From a virus (Duplodnaviria > Heunggongvirae > Uroviricota > Caudoviricetes): a stretch of 17,914 nt of DNA. Below are positions 15,939 through 17,914 of this stretch, piece after piece (positions within the stretch are counted from its first letter, which is position 1; each line of letters starts with the position of its first letter). The stretch lies in IMG/VR virus record IMGVR_UViG_2565956631_000008; one strand, given 5' to 3'. The position numbers and the translations under genes were made by a program. A model generated the notes under the pieces. That model was not told the origin of the DNA. It searched no databases and was given only the letters and a program-made list of their open reading frames with translations.

Positions 15939-16183
15939 CTGAAAAATGATTCTTTAAAATACCTGACATGTAATACAGAAAAAACACAAAACCATACCTT
16001 AAATAAAAACCTCATCATCAAGCAGATATGCATGGATAAACTACAAGACGAGATATAAACCACCCTGCATTTAAATAAACAATAAACAACATCAGAAAAA
16101 TAATTCTGCTCTATGGTTTACAATCAAAAATATCATTTATACTTTTCAGAACATCACCAGCAAGGCATAAACAAGGAAACTAA

Positions 16184-16519
16184 ATGAAGTGGATTGTGAT
16201 TGATACAGTTATCCAGCCATCATGCGGAATATCTTTTTCAGTCATATGGAGTAAAATAAAATTAATAATCTGGTATCAATCGGATGCTTTCTTACCTCCT
16301 GAAAGTATATTTACACTGACTCACACAGGTATCATGCTCAATAACAAAGTGCTACCTGTAACCATTTACAACGTAGTACCATTCAATAAAACATTCTGGA
16401 ATTTAATCAAAAACAGCCAGGAATGCCCTACAAATACAGATAACGTATTGAATGAATGCTTTAATAACCGTTGCACTCTGCAAATATGTCCTTATGGGCT
16501 AAAACAACAAAGTCCATAA
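16184..16519 (+). CDS. Hypothetical 111-aa protein in an AT-rich island, opposite strand to the late operon
   Basis: 111 codons without a stop in clearly AT-rich DNA, which is unlikely by chance; AAGGAA Shine-Dalgarno 6 nt upstream of the [46 protein letters not shown]...[15 protein letters not shown]; no homolog recognised. Confidence 0.5.
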   Translation: MKWIVIDTVIQPSCGISFSVIWSKIKLIIWYQSDAFLPPESIFTLTHTGIMLNNKVLPVTIYNVVPFNKTFWNLIKNSQECPTNTDNVLNECFNNRCTLQICPYGLKQQSP

Positions 16520-16539
16520 GGAGTTTACTCACATCTGAC

Positions 16540-16562
16540 AAAATCAATATAAACAGCCCCTC
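16540..16562. terminator. Perfect 9-bp GC-rich hairpin; likely terminator, mainly minus-strand
   Basis: CAGCCCCTC-cgga-GAGGGGCTG lies 20 nt after the stop of the plus-strand ORF. On the minus strand it is followed by TTTATATTGATTTTGT; on the plus strand there is no U-tract. Confidence 0.5.
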
Positions 16563-16770
16563 CGGAGAGGGGCTGGAGAGTGGCGCTATGTGCCATTGCA
16601 TGGTGCCGGGTGCCTCCCGGTGAATTCAGTACCAGCACCTGAATCCGCGATTATCCCATATACCTACTCGCTGATTGCCCCTCCGCACAGGGGGATTCAC
16701 CATGCCAGTTTCTTTTAACAAACTCCCCGCAAAACAGACAACTGTCAACCGTCTGAATTGTGAGACATTT

Positions 16771-16795
16771 AAAAAAAGGCCCGCAAAAGCGAGCC
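16771..16795 (-). terminator. Rho-independent terminator just downstream of the tRNA cluster
   Basis: Minus strand: GGCTCGC-tttt-GCGGGCC (one G.U pair) followed by TTTTTTTAAATG, starting about 15 nt after the 3' CCA of the last tRNA. Confidence 0.6.
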
Positions 16796-16809
16796 GGGAA
16801 AAATAAGTC

Positions 16810-16886
16810 TGGCGCGTTGTACTGGATTCGAACCAGTGACCGATTGCTTAGAAGGCAATTGCTCTGTCCGGTTGAGCTAACAACGC
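16810..16886 (-). tRNA. argO: tRNA-Arg, anticodon UCU (reads AGA)
   Basis: Hand-folded 77-nt cloverleaf from the minus strand: acceptor GCGTTGT/ACAACGC, D-stem GCTC/GAGC, anticodon stem ATTGC/GCAAT with loop CTTCTAA, T-arm ACTGG-TTCGAATC-CAGT, discriminator G, encoded CCA. Resembles E. coli argU. The gene symbol follows the ileZ-argN-argO order of Stx phages and is tentative. Confidence 0.8.
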
Positions 16887-16899
16887 AGGGTACAGATAA

Positions 16900-16976
16900 T
16901 GGACCGCCATCGAGGACTCGAACCCCGCGCAACCAGCTTCGAAGGCTGGCGCTCTATCCTGATGAGCTAATGGCGG
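16900..16976 (-). tRNA. argN: tRNA-Arg, anticodon UCG (reads CGA/CGG)
   Basis: Hand-folded cloverleaf: acceptor CCGCCAT/ATGGCGG, D-stem GCTC/GAGC, anticodon stem CCAGC/GCTGG with loop CTTCGAA, T-loop TTCGAGT, encoded CCA. The C1 start and U discriminator are unusual, so the ends may be off by a base. Gene symbol tentative. Confidence 0.7.
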
Positions 16977-16983
16977 TATGTGA

Positions 16984-17059
16984 TGGTGGCCCTTGCTGGA
17001 TTTGAACCAGCGACCTGGCGATTATGAGTCGCTCGCTCTCACCACTGAGCTAAAGGGCC
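16984..17059 (-). tRNA. ileZ: tRNA-Ile2 (anticodon CAU, presumably lysidine-modified; formally could be Met)
   Basis: 76 nt, GGCCCTTTAGCTCAGTGGTGAGAGCGAGCGACTCATAATCGCCAGGTCGCTGGTTCAAATCCAGCAAGGGCCACCA; roughly 90% identical by eye to E. coli ileX as recalled. Confidence 0.8.
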
Positions 17060-17068
17060 GGGAGCCGC

Positions 17069-17097
17069 ATAATAACGACGCGTAATTAATTCTTCAA
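17069..17097 (-). promoter_or_regulatory. Putative sigma70 promoter for the tRNA cluster
   Basis: Minus strand: TTGAAG (-35), 17-nt spacer, TATTAT (-10), ending 9 nt before the mature 5' end of the first tRNA. Confidence 0.4.
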
Positions 17098-17099
17098 TA

Positions 17100-17378
17100 T
17101 CATCCGTTCTGGCTGACTAAATCCTGTACTTCCCGAACCGTCTGCTCAAAACGTTCAGTCTCCAGCTCAACGCCAATTGCACGACGCCCGAGCGCCAGTG
17201 CCGCTTTCACTGTCGAACCCGACCCCATGAAAAAATCTGCAATCAGGTCACCCGGACGACTGCTAGCGCTGATTATCTGCTGCAGCATTTCTGCCGGTTT
17301 TTCGCACGGATGTTTCCCGGGATAGAACTGCACCGGTTTATGCGTCCAGACATCGGTATACGGCACCTGCGCCGTCAC
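17100..17378 (-). pseudogene. 5'-truncated remnant of a beta-class N6/N4 DNA methyltransferase (C-terminal ~90 aa only)
   Basis: ...KPVQFYPGKHPCEKPAEMLQQIISASSRPGDLIADFFMGSGSTVKAALALGRRAIGVELETERF... carries the HPxxKP and FxGxG(S/T) AdoMet-binding motifs of the N6_N4 MTase family. The upstream in-frame region runs straight into the tR' hairpin with no ATG, so the catalytic DPPY half is absent. Confidence 0.65.
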
Positions 17379-17433
17379 GCCAAAATACCGCCGCAGTCGG
17401 CATTCACAACCACCAGCGCATTTAACGTTCAGC

Positions 17434-17462
17434 CATAAAAAAACCCGCTCGCGGCGGGTTTA
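17434..17462 (-). terminator. tR'-like rho-independent terminator downstream of Q
   Basis: Minus strand: AAACCCGC-cgcga-GCGGGTTT (perfect 8-bp stem) followed by TTTTTTTATGG, about 70 nt downstream of the Q stop. Confidence 0.75.
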
Positions 17463-17529
17463 AGCTGTGTGGCGAAGTAACCACTCTTAACATACTGACA
17501 TACTTTTTGCGGACCGCACTAATCATTTT

Positions 17530-17910
17530 TTACTTTTTTAGCAGCCAGTCGTCCATCTCCAGTCTTACCCCCAGCACAGACAAACATCCGTCAATAAACC
17601 CTTCGGCTATCTGCATCTCAATTCGTATTGCTTTTTCGCTTTTCTTTCTCGTCCTGGCTATCTGTCTTTTTGATATTCGCAACAAATAATGAGCAATGAG
17701 AAGCGAATACTCCTCAGGTTTTTTCTGCTTCAGACGAGCAAGACAGTTTTCAATGATAAGTCCGTCATCATCGCAGCAGGCCGGACGTGGTTTAGTGGCA
17801 GATGGTAAAAGTCCTTTGAATCCGGCAGCGATCGGAGAATAGTCCACCCCGGTGTTACCACTTGCAGCCCATGCCCCCCAGCGTTCAAGAACCATCTGAA
17901 TATCACGCAT
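17530..17910 (-). CDS. Q: Late-gene antiterminator Q (Q21/QuuD-type)
   Basis: MRDIQMVLERWGAWAASGNTGVDYSPIAAGFKGLLPSATKPRPACCDDDGLIIENCLARLKQ...; recognised from memory as the E. coli prophage Q/QuuD family (about 127 aa). The start lies 4 nt from the window edge, so the RBS is not visible and a longer N-terminus cannot be excluded. Confidence 0.8.
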   Translation of the reverse strand: MRDIQMVLERWGAWAASGNTGVDYSPIAAGFKGLLPSATKPRPACCDDDGLIIENCLARLKQKKPEEYSLLIAHYLLRISKRQIARTRKKSEKAIRIEMQIAEGFIDGCLSVLGVRLEMDDWLLKK

Positions 17911-17914
17911 CAAC

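Noticed and set aside
15860-16063. Minus-strand 67-aa ORF in the AT-rich island
   Set aside because: It overlaps the start of the upstream small gene, has no RBS and a Cys/Phe-rich translation typical of random AT-rich frames.
15939-16800. Possible Shiga toxin (stxAB) or another AB5 toxin in the Q-to-S interval
   Set aside because: No minus-strand ORF of suitable size exists there, and the only ORF (plus strand, 111 aa) does not resemble StxA or StxB. The locus carries different cargo.
16651-16932. Minus-strand 93-aa ORF, and plus-strand 16760..17005
   Set aside because: They overlap the tRNA genes and the tRNA terminator; these are tRNA sequence, not coding.
1-17914. CRISPR array, integrase/att site or IS element
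   Set aside because: No regularly spaced direct repeats, no tyrosine-recombinase or transposase-like ORFs, and no terminal inverted repeats were seen. The only repeat sets are the cosB 9-mers and the intragenic scaffold repeats.

Overview
This window is the late region of a lambda-like prophage (Enterobacteriaceae, probably E. coli/Shigella), with the late operon on the minus strand. Reading right to left it runs: antiterminator Q, a tR'-like terminator, a 5'-truncated DNA methyltransferase remnant, three tRNA genes, an AT-rich island with one opposite-strand ORF, an S21-type lysis cassette, cos, then terminase and the head and tail genes through a partial tape measure gene H. Protein calls rest on comparing the ORF-track translations with lambda, phage 21 and E. 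coli TonB sequences recalled from memory; no database search or computation was run. The head/tail module is almost lambda-identical at protein level, while the lysis cassette is phage-21-like (pinholin, SAR endolysin, embedded Rz/Rz1) and carries extra genes. The best candidates for undescribed biology are the uncharacterised 296-aa gene between holin and endolysin, two small membrane-protein genes between endolysin and Rz, a TonB C-terminal-domain lipoprotein in the bor position, a plus-strand two-gene cassette next to cos, and the AT-rich island where Stx phages carry stx. No stx, integrase, IS element or CRISPR array is visible.
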